DNA of 64,000 bases, from assembly GCA_017609525.1 (NCBI GenBank), contig JAFCDT010000002.1, positions 4,885 to 68,884 on the forward strand. Direction: 5' to 3'. The DNA comes from Candidatus Woesearchaeota archaeon. GTDB lineage: Archaea > Nanobdellota > Nanobdellia > SCGC-AAA011-G17 > JACPNG01. The notes under the pieces were generated by a model that saw only the letters and a program-made list of their open reading frames with translations, was not told the origin of the DNA and did not search any database. The translations under genes and the position numbers were made by a program. Position 1 is the first letter of the stretch; each line of letters begins with the position of its first letter. Below, in pieces: positions 40,279 through 47,932 of this stretch.

Positions 40279-40722
40279 ATGTTTAATGATTTTTTTAATG
40301 CAATTTTTGGAAGATTAATCGAGTACAATCCCTTATATGGGCTGTTAGTAATTTCATTTATTATTACTTTGATTGTTACTTTAGTATATAAGTTTGCAAC
40401 AGATCAAAAAGAGCTTAAAAGAATTAAAGAAGAAACTAAAGGGATAAGGGAACAGATGAAGATTCATAAAGATAACCCGCAAAAGGTTTCTGAATTACAA
40501 AAAAAATCTTTGGAAATCAGCATGGGCAGTTTTAAACACCAGTTTAAACCAATGATTATAACTATTATCCCTGTTCTTATAATCTTCGGATGGTTAAAAG
40601 AGACTTACGCTAACTACAGTAACCTTAATTTTTTGGGTTTTATAGATACATGGATTTGGGCATATATCGTAAGTGCATTGATATTTAGTATTATATTAAG
40701 GAAGATATTTAAGGTTCATTAA
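40279..40722 (+). CDS. DUF106-family membrane protein (archaeal Oxa1/EMC3-like insertase candidate)
   Basis: 147 aa. TM1, a charged coiled-coil loop (KELKRIKEETKGIREQMKIHKDNPQKVSELQKK), then TM2-3. Directly after secY, where archaea usually carry adk plus DUF106. Confidence 0.5.
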   Translation: MFNDFFNAIFGRLIEYNPLYGLLVISFIITLIVTLVYKFATDQKELKRIKEETKGIREQMKIHKDNPQKVSELQKKSLEISMGSFKHQFKPMIITIIPVLIIFGWLKETYANYSNLNFLGFIDTWIWAYIVSALIFSIILRKIFKVH

Positions 40723-40723
40723 A

Positions 40724-40969
40724 ATGAAAAAAAGAAAAGTTTATGTTAGAACAATAAGCAAAACAAGAAGTATGCTAAAAACCAGAAAACCAAGTGGAGC
40801 TAAGTGTGCGGGATGCGGGGTTAAACTTAAAGGAGTTCCAAGAATGACCAAATCTAAAATGAGAAATATGGCTAAAACTGTCAAAAGACCCTCAAGACCA
40901 TATGGAGGAGTTCTATGCCCCAAATGTTTAAAAATAAAAATAAGAAAGGAGTCTAGAAAAAATGTTTGA
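40724..40969 (+). CDS. rpl34e: ribosomal protein eL34
   Basis: C4 zinc ribbon (CAGCG...CPKC) in a basic 81-aa protein. Confidence 0.8.
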   Translation: MKKRKVYVRTISKTRSMLKTRKPSGAKCAGCGVKLKGVPRMTKSKMRNMAKTVKRPSRPYGGVLCPKCLKIKIRKESRKNV

Positions 40970-41312
40970 GGTTGGAAGATTATGCTTAAAACTGTCTGGG
41001 AGAGATGCTAACCAATATTGTGTAGTAGTTGACAAGATTGACAAGAACCATGTGTTAATCGATGGCAATACTAGGAGGAGAAAGTGTAATGTTAAACATC
41101 TAGAGCCTTTAGATCAGGTTTTCAAAATAAGTAAAGGTGCCAAAACTGAAGAAATCCATAAATTGTTTGTTGCATCTAAGATTAAGGTAACTAAAAAAGA
41201 AATTAAAAAAGAAAAAAAATCTAAAGAAAAACCAGTAAAGCAGAGAAAGGGGAAAGGGGGAGAGTTGGATACTAAAAAAGATGGCGGAAAAAAACCAGAA
41301 AAAAGTACTTGA
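40962..41312 (+). CDS. rpl14e: ribosomal protein eL14 (KOW) with a Lys-rich tail
   Basis: MFEVGRLCLKLSGRDANQYCVVVDKIDKNHVLIDG plus a KKEIKKEKKSKEKPVKQRKGKGG tail. Confidence 0.75.
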   Translation: MFEVGRLCLKLSGRDANQYCVVVDKIDKNHVLIDGNTRRRKCNVKHLEPLDQVFKISKGAKTEEIHKLFVASKIKVTKKEIKKEKKSKEKPVKQRKGKGGELDTKKDGGKKPEKST

Positions 41313-41676
41313 ATTTTATTCTTTAAATCAAAAGATTAAACAAATACAGGAGCAGTTGGAGCTTTTGAATCATCAAATCACAGAGCTGTTTGTTTTAGAA
41401 GAGAGTATCAAAGATGTTGAGAAAGGTAAGAAAGAAGTTTTTATGCCTCTTGGTGGAGGAGTTTTTATAAATGCAGAAATAAAAGATACTGAAAAACTCC
41501 TAGTAAATGTTGGCGGGGGTGTTTTTGTTAAAAAGGGACTAAAAGAATCCAATGTGTTAGTCAGAGAACAACAAGAGGAGATAAGGCAAGCAATGGAGAG
41601 GTTGGATGTTGAACTCAAGAGCGGCATTAAGGAGCTTAAGCTCTTGCAAAAAGAAATATCTAAAGAAGAACAATAA
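41281..41676 (+). CDS. pfdA: prefoldin alpha subunit
   Basis: Coiled coil - two beta hairpins (MPLGGGVFINAEIKD, VNVGGGVFVKKGLKE) - coiled coil. 131 aa. Confidence 0.65.
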   Translation: MAEKNQKKVLEFYSLNQKIKQIQEQLELLNHQITELFVLEESIKDVEKGKKEVFMPLGGGVFINAEIKDTEKLLVNVGGGVFVKKGLKESNVLVREQQEEIRQAMERLDVELKSGIKELKLLQKEISKEEQ

Positions 41677-41707
41677 TAATTATATAATCATTCTTTAATT
41701 CCTTAGG

Positions 41708-42943
41708 TTGATGTTGGATTATTATTCTAGGCCAGATATTCAGGAAGAGATTTTTATAGCTTCTAGACACAGGGAAATTGGGGTGATGTATAAAGACAGG
41801 GGTTTTGGTAAAAGGCCAGATATCTTACAATTTAAAAGTGATGTAGGAGAGTTCGCTAAACAAGGGGCAAGTTCTTTTCATATTTCATTGGAAAGGTGGA
41901 AAAATCCTTTAGAGTTAAAGTCTGGTATGTCTAAAAAAGAGTTAGATGGCTTAAGAGAGGGGTGGGATTTTATAGCTGACATAGATTGTAAATATTTTGA
42001 ATTTTCAAAGATTGCTGCTTTTCTTTTAATTGAAGCTCTAAGATTTCACGAAATTGAGAATATAAGCTTAAAGTTTTCTGGGAATCGCTCTTTTCATGTT
42101 GGTGTTGCATTTGAAACCTTTCCTAAAGTGGTAAATAATATACAAATAAAGGATATTTTTCCACAAGGAGTTAGAATTATTGCTGATTACTTAAAATCAA
42201 TGATCAAAAATGAATTAAGGGAAAGAATATTAAAAATAAGTCCTGAAATGGGAGAAAATTTCGATCCTTTTTCAATCGTTGATATTGATTCTGTGGCTAT
42301 TTCAAGCAGGCATATGATTCGAGCACCTTATTCACTAAATGAAAAATCTGGATTGGTTAGTTTGCCCATAAAGATTGAGGAGTTAAAAAATTTTGAACTT
42401 AAACAGGCAAGAGTAGAAAATGTTAAAACCAAAGTCAGGTTTCTTGATAAAGGTGAACCAAATGAGGCTTCTAACCTACTTGTACAAGCTTTTGATTGGA
42501 ATATGAAAGCTAAAAGGAATGAGCCAGAAGTAATTGTTAAAAAAAGAGAATACGAAATTCCTAGCGTAGCGATTAAAGAAGAATTTTTTCCTCCATGTAT
42601 AAAACAAATATTAAATGGAATAGAAAAAGATGGAAGAAAACGGGCAGTATTTATTTTAATTAATTTTTTAGGACAAATGGGATGGGATTATAATGCTATA
42701 AAAAAGATTTTGTTAGAATGGAACAAGAAGAACTATGAAGAATTAAAAGAAGGGTATATTTTAAGTCAACTAAGCTGGCATAAAAGACAGGGTAAAAAAA
42801 TTTTGCCGCCTAATTGTGACAATAAGTCATACTACTTTGATATAGGTGTGAAGTGCGATGACCCCTTATGTAAAAAAGTGAAGAATCCTGTTAATTATGC
42901 CATGAGAAAGGTGAGCTTTAAAAAAAATATTAGGAAGAGATAG
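41708..42943 (+). CDS. priS: DNA primase small (catalytic) subunit PriS
   Basis: DFIADIDCKY (DxD), SGNRSFHVGV, RAPYSLNEKSGLVSLPI. C-terminal Cys cluster CDNKSYYFDIGVKCDDPLC. Confidence 0.7.
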   Translation: MMLDYYSRPDIQEEIFIASRHREIGVMYKDRGFGKRPDILQFKSDVGEFAKQGASSFHISLERWKNPLELKSGMSKKELDGLREGWDFIADIDCKYFEFSKIAAFLLIEALRFHEIENISLKFSGNRSFHVGVAFETFPKVVNNIQIKDIFPQGVRIIADYLKSMIKNELRERILKISPEMGENFDPFSIVDIDSVAISSRHMIRAPYSLNEKSGLVSLPIKIEELKNFELKQARVENVKTKVRFLDKGEPNEASNLLVQAFDWNMKAKRNEPEVIVKKREYEIPSVAIKEEFFPPCIKQILNGIEKDGRKRAVFILINFLGQMGWDYNAIKKILLEWNKKNYEELKEGYILSQLSWHKRQGKKILPPNCDNKSYYFDIGVKCDDPLCKKVKNPVNYAMRKVSFKKNIRKR

Positions 42944-45263
42944 CCATCCTATCCAATTGCTGGAAGAGTTGCTCTTCCTCTTTTGTGAGCTTTTTGAACT
43001 TATTCGTTTTTTTGTATCTTATTTCTGAAGCTTTTTTGATCCATTCATAATTTGGTTGTTCTTTTATTCTTATTTTGGGGAAGGCTTCTATTATTTGTTC
43101 TTTTTGGGTTTTGTATTTCATTTGTTCAAGTTTATTCATCTTTTCTTCTAATTCTATCTCCTGTTTATCTAATTCTGTTGTTTTTTGCGATATTTTTGGA
43201 GTTATTTCTGGTATGTTCAGGTGAAGTTTAACTTTTGGTTTTTCTATTTCTTTCAATGCTTCTTGCATTTGCTGTTGTCTCCTGAGGTTTTCAAGGTTAA
43301 CCATCTTGGACACTAGGCTAAGTTCCTGTTTTTCAAGAAGTTTATTTTGCAGAGTTTTGATTTGTTTAGGCGGAGTTATTTTAAGCTCATCTAAAGATAC
43401 CAATCTATCTGAAATAGGTGTACCCCTCAGTTTAGCAACCCTTATCATTTCCTGTAAAGATTTTTTGATTATTGGTGCTTGTTCTGATAATTTGTGTGCC
43501 CCATGTTCTTGGATTTGCTGTATGCTTGTTAGTAATGAACTTAAAGGATTAGTTAGGCGCGGAGTTTTTTTGATTTGTGGCAACATTACTCTTTCTGGTT
43601 TTAGGAGCTTGGGTTGAAATCTTTTTTGAATTTTATCTAAGAAGGCAAGTTCGGTTTTATGTAGTTGGTATATTCCCTCTCTTTGTTTTATATTTATTTC
43701 CTGAAGCATGTCTTGGATTTTGTGAATTATTTTTATTTCACCTTTTTTGAGTCTATAAAAGTAAAGTTCTATTGAATCTTTTAGATTTTCTAAATTCTGA
43801 TTAATTTTTTCAAGAGCTTTATATTCTTTTACAGTGGGGTACTGTAATTCTTCAATCTTTATCTGTTCTAGGTCTTTCTTTTTTTGTATTTCTATATTGA
43901 ATTTAAGATGTTTTCTTTTTTCATAATTTTTTTGTAATTGGTTTAGTTGATTTTTAATTGAGAATAGTTGCTGTTTAACCTTTGTTTTTTCTGCAGTGAG
44001 GGTTCCTTTTATTCCTTCTTTGAGTTTTTCTTCTTTTTCTATTGTTTTATGTTTTTTCTCTTTTAATTTTGTTATTTGGTTTTTTATTTTATTTGCTAGT
44101 TGTTTTTCTTTTTCATGAAGGTTATGGGCCCATTTATGCTCTATTTGGGCTAACTGGGGCAATGTAGTTTTGTAAATGTCTTTGATCCAGTTATGTTTGT
44201 ATTTAGAAAATAAAGATAGAGAAGATTTTATAGTTGAAAGATAGTGTTTTTCCTCTTTTGTAACTATCCCACCTTTTTCGGTTACTTGATTCAGTTGTTG
44301 GGTCAATAGATCCAGTTTTCTCGATTCCTCATTAAGTCGTTCTTGCTCTATTCTATTATAAAGATTTACCAAAGAGATTCCATACTCTTTTTCTTGCTCT
44401 ATTGGTAATTTATAATATAGCATCAATGCTTGAGAGTAAAGTTTCTTTGCTTCTGGAATTTGATGTATGTTTCTTGTTGCTTTTTTAAGTATTTTATTGA
44501 TCTTTCTTTTTTGGAAACATAGCGTAAACGGATTCAAAAACCGCAGTATTTCTGGTTTTTCTTCTTCTAGCCTTATCTTGAATCTTTTTATCTCTCTTTT
44601 TGATACCTTAGGAGCTTTTTTAAGTGGTTTGAGCCTTTCTTTTACTAATTGGATGAACTCTTTGAAACTTTTTTGCCTGCCTATTAATATTTGCTTTAAT
44701 GTTTCTATTCTGCGTTGGGGTTTTTTAACAGGAATACGTTTTTTTAATTCTGTAATCTCTATAAACTGGTCAGAAATTTCTTTTATGTTTTGTTTTGTGT
44801 ATGTCTTTCCACTATATTTATATTCTAAGATTTTTTCTATAATCTCTTTTAATTGTGGTTTCTTTTTTTCTAGTTTTGCTACTAATTCTTCATGCGTTAA
44901 TTCATGTTTTATTTCTAAAATATTGTAAGCATATTCTTTTATTAATCCTGACAGTTGTTTAAGCGCTGTTTCTTCAGAAAGAGAACGAAGTTTTTTTGCA
45001 AATATTAATGCTTCTTTGTGATAGTCTGTTTCTGGTAGTTCTTGTATTTCTTTTTTTAGTCTTTTCTTTTTGACGTTAATCTTGGGAATTTTAAATTTTG
45101 GTAAGTGGTCTTTGATAAAAATTACTAAAAATACAAGGAGGGAAAGCAAAATTAAAACTAAAGGTGCAAGAAAAAATGGGGAATACGATCTTGAGCCTAT
45201 AGTTATTTCTTGCGCATATGCAAAAGGCATAGTTAAAAGAAATATTGCGACCTCTTTTTTCAT
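42930..45263 (-). CDS. 777-aa signal-anchored coiled-coil protein (Lys/Glu/Gln-rich)
   Basis: N-terminus MKKEVAIFLLTMPFAYAQ (signal) then a TM (FFLAPLVLILLSLLVFLVIFI), followed by about 700 aa of heptad-like K/E/Q/L sequence. Converges on and overlaps priS by 14 nt. Confidence 0.5.
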   Translation of the reverse strand: MKKEVAIFLLTMPFAYAQEITIGSRSYSPFFLAPLVLILLSLLVFLVIFIKDHLPKFKIPKINVKKKRLKKEIQELPETDYHKEALIFAKKLRSLSEETALKQLSGLIKEYAYNILEIKHELTHEELVAKLEKKKPQLKEIIEKILEYKYSGKTYTKQNIKEISDQFIEITELKKRIPVKKPQRRIETLKQILIGRQKSFKEFIQLVKERLKPLKKAPKVSKREIKRFKIRLEEEKPEILRFLNPFTLCFQKRKINKILKKATRNIHQIPEAKKLYSQALMLYYKLPIEQEKEYGISLVNLYNRIEQERLNEESRKLDLLTQQLNQVTEKGGIVTKEEKHYLSTIKSSLSLFSKYKHNWIKDIYKTTLPQLAQIEHKWAHNLHEKEKQLANKIKNQITKLKEKKHKTIEKEEKLKEGIKGTLTAEKTKVKQQLFSIKNQLNQLQKNYEKRKHLKFNIEIQKKKDLEQIKIEELQYPTVKEYKALEKINQNLENLKDSIELYFYRLKKGEIKIIHKIQDMLQEINIKQREGIYQLHKTELAFLDKIQKRFQPKLLKPERVMLPQIKKTPRLTNPLSSLLTSIQQIQEHGAHKLSEQAPIIKKSLQEMIRVAKLRGTPISDRLVSLDELKITPPKQIKTLQNKLLEKQELSLVSKMVNLENLRRQQQMQEALKEIEKPKVKLHLNIPEITPKISQKTTELDKQEIELEEKMNKLEQMKYKTQKEQIIEAFPKIRIKEQPNYEWIKKASEIRYKKTNKFKKLTKEEEQLFQQLDRMAISS

Positions 45264-45298
45264 GTTAATTGTGTGTAATCTTTAATATAAAAATGTTA

Positions 45299-46291
45299 TC
45301 ATATTACTTTTAATGCTCTTTTGAGGTATCGCTTAGCAAGTTCTGTTTCATGTTCTGATAAAGCTCCCTCTTTTAGTTTGTTAAACAAGAAGAGGATCTC
45401 CTGTTTGAGGTTGCCCTCGATTCCCTCCTTGTGTAATTTGTTGTTTAATTCTGATAGGGAAGAATTAGCAGTAATGCCCAGTTTTTGGAAAAAAGTTTCA
45501 ATTAAATAGAAAATATGCGCGGATGCGGTTGCTTTAGGCATTTTTTTAATTTTTGTTAGGCCACTTTTTATTGTTTTTTCATGTTTTGTTTTTTTGAACT
45601 TTAATCCCTCAGTTGCTTTTTTGATTGAGAATGCAATAATAATCAGTATTAGTATGACAAGGGTGATCATAATTGGTTTTTTTACATTGAATTTTAATGC
45701 ACTTTCATCCACTGCTCCTTGTTTGTTTAATAGTTGGATGGAGTATGTGGGAACATCATCTTTAATGGAAACATTAATTTCTACTTCGTCATTGATTACA
45801 ACAAATAAATGATCTTCCAAAATTCTTGAATAAATTTTTTCTATTGGTTTTTCTTCTATCTCTCTTAGTAAGGGCAAAAGGTTGATGGTTTCATTAAACA
45901 TTTCCCTAGTTTTTGCAGAAGAAATTATTTTTGGATAATCCTGGATTAATTTTGTTATATTTACTACTTGTGATGCTTCATATAGCTCTTCTTTTTCAAT
46001 TAATACTGATTCATTAACTGCAAATATAACTGTTTCTGATCCAGTAAATGAATTTAAAGGAGTAATTGTAGCGGTTCCATCTTTTACTGTAACTTGAACA
46101 TTTTCTGTATAATTTATGAAATAATCGGCCTGTTTTGGAAGATGTTTATAAAGATTTATTACAACTTCGTTTGGAGAATGCAATCTTATTATTAATTTGT
46201 CTTCCAAGGCTAAGGAAAATGGAATTAATAATATAATGATTGAGATAATCCGTAAGATTTGCGGAATTTTTTTGTCTTTTTGTTTGGACAT
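45299..46291 (-). CDS. type-I membrane protein (signal peptide, ectodomain, one TM, basic cytoplasmic tail)
   Basis: ILRIISIIILLIPFSLA signal. TM ITLVILILIIIAFSI near residue 215. Co-directional, 35 nt upstream of the coiled-coil gene. Confidence 0.45.
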   Translation of the reverse strand: MSKQKDKKIPQILRIISIIILLIPFSLALEDKLIIRLHSPNEVVINLYKHLPKQADYFINYTENVQVTVKDGTATITPLNSFTGSETVIFAVNESVLIEKEELYEASQVVNITKLIQDYPKIISSAKTREMFNETINLLPLLREIEEKPIEKIYSRILEDHLFVVINDEVEINVSIKDDVPTYSIQLLNKQGAVDESALKFNVKKPIMITLVILILIIIAFSIKKATEGLKFKKTKHEKTIKSGLTKIKKMPKATASAHIFYLIETFFQKLGITANSSLSELNNKLHKEGIEGNLKQEILFLFNKLKEGALSEHETELAKRYLKRALKVI

Positions 46292-46378
46292 TTATATCAC
46301 TTTACTCTTTTTTAAGTTTCTCTTTTATTAAATTGATCAATTTTTTTATTTTTTATTTCAAATGAAATTGTTTTCTTC

Positions 46379-46792
46379 CTATCCAAGTTTCTTCTCTATT
46401 GTTCTCATTAATTTTTTAATTATCTTTTTAATATCTCCTAGCTTTCTTTTAATATAATCTTTTTCTACAAAGAAACCATCATAAGCTATTTTATTTCTCA
46501 CGTTTCTTAAATCATCAATGAGAAATGTTTCATAACCATCAAATTCTGCATAATTATTTTTGAGGTAGCCTATTAGTTTCTTATGGGCACCTTCTCCATA
46601 TGTTTTATAGCCGTCCAGCAAAAGGATCACACTTAATAGTTCCCTTATAATCTCATAGTATTCTTTAGTAACATTTGATGGAAATTTATTTATATCTATG
46701 CTTTTAACTAATTCTAGGGTAGTTTCCACCATTTTTAAGATAGATCTTGCTTTTTCTTTATCTGGTGTGACTTTAATTAAATTTTCTTCCAT
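46379..46792 (-). CDS. HEPN-domain protein (putative toxin-like partner of the adjacent nucleotidyltransferase)
   Basis: 137 aa, all-alpha, contains LRNVRNKIAYDG (Rx4-6 HEPN-like motif; His replaced by Tyr). Lies 1 nt downstream of the MNT gene. Confidence 0.5.
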   Translation of the reverse strand: MEENLIKVTPDKEKARSILKMVETTLELVKSIDINKFPSNVTKEYYEIIRELLSVILLLDGYKTYGEGAHKKLIGYLKNNYAEFDGYETFLIDDLRNVRNKIAYDGFFVEKDYIKRKLGDIKKIIKKLMRTIEKKLG

Positions 46793-46793
46793 T

Positions 46794-47333
46794 TTAAAAA
46801 ACCTTTAGGTACCCTTTTAGTATTATGCCATTAATTACATTATTTTTTAATTCTTTACTTAACTTCTTAAAATCTTCACTAAAAAAAAGATTTATTCTCC
46901 TATTTAATTTTTTTTCATATTGATTTAAATCTAATTTTTTTTCCTTGCATAATAAAAATAAATCCATATCGCTGTCCTTCAGATCCTCTCCTTTTGAAGC
47001 TGAACCAAAGAGAATAATGGTGTCGGGCATACAGCTGTCTAATAAATAATTCAATAAACCAGATTCCTCTATCCTTATGATATTATCTATTTTTTTAAGA
47101 AATATAAAATTCTCGTTATCTTTATTTGCATAGTAAATAGGATAACCATGTATCCTGTGTTTTTCTTTAACGATTAATCTTTCTTTTTCAAGCTCACCTA
47201 AATATCTCTTAACAGATGCTGGTGCAAGACTTATTTTTCTGCTTATCTCTCTAAGCTGAAAGCCTATGCCTTTAGGTAGCGGATCCTCAAAAAATATTTC
47301 CAAAATCCTATGCCTGTTATCTTTTTGTAACAT
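46794..47333 (-). CDS. winged-helix + minimal nucleotidyltransferase (MNT) protein
   Basis: N-terminal wHTH (ISRKISLAPASVKRYLGELEKERLIV) plus NTase signature ILFGSASKGEDLKDSDMDLFLL (GS...D-x-D). Confidence 0.65.
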   Translation of the reverse strand: MLQKDNRHRILEIFFEDPLPKGIGFQLREISRKISLAPASVKRYLGELEKERLIVKEKHRIHGYPIYYANKDNENFIFLKKIDNIIRIEESGLLNYLLDSCMPDTIILFGSASKGEDLKDSDMDLFLLCKEKKLDLNQYEKKLNRRINLFFSEDFKKLSKELKNNVINGIILKGYLKVF

Positions 47334-47748
47334 ATGTAATAATATTATTACAACTGTTATTTAAATATTGCTATCTTGAGGCATATATGTTTCACTAGTT
47401 ATAACTTTGTTTTTAACTATAAATGTGTAACTTTATGTTTTATAAATTAAATTTACTTAAATATCATGTTTATTTACTTATTTAGAGGATGGTTTTACTT
47501 ATATTATAAGTATTATTACTGATATTCTTTTATTTTATATATTATGTATATTTTATATTAATAGAAATATTTATATAGAAGTTAGTATACTAAATATATT
47601 GGTGAATTTGTGAATTTAACTGGATGAAATAACTACAATAAGAGTTAGTAAAAAAACTAAGTTTCGTTTAATGAAGCATGGTAAAATGATCGAAACAATG
47701 GATGATCTCATAAATAGAGTTCTTGATGCTTTTGAAAGAGAGGAGGAG

Positions 47749-47932
47749 AATGAAAAGTAAAAAGATTATTCTTATTTTAATTATTTTAGTGATTATTTTG
47801 GGTATTGGTTATATGATAATTAGTTTTAATGATTGGGAAAAAGAGGATATGGTTAAAGGAGACATAGTAAAAAATAACCTTGGAGAGGGTGGAGGGTATA
47901 GAATCCAAATCTTAGAAAAGGGGGCTGGTTGA
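47749..47932 (+). CDS. small single-TM protein heading the surface locus
   Basis: MKSKKIILILIILVIILGIGYMII then a Gly-rich tail. 4-nt overlap with the next gene. The start could also be 47723. Confidence 0.3.

Noticed and set aside
40279-40722. Considered whether the ORF after secY is adenylate kinase (the usual neighbour)
   Set aside because: No P-loop or NMP-binding motif. Three TM helices with a charged loop fit DUF106/Oxa1-like proteins instead.
43306-44928. Plus-strand ORFs 43306-43617 and 44467-44928
   Set aside because: Antisense to the 777-aa coiled-coil gene. Leu/Phe/Ser-rich shadow frames of a K/E-rich gene.
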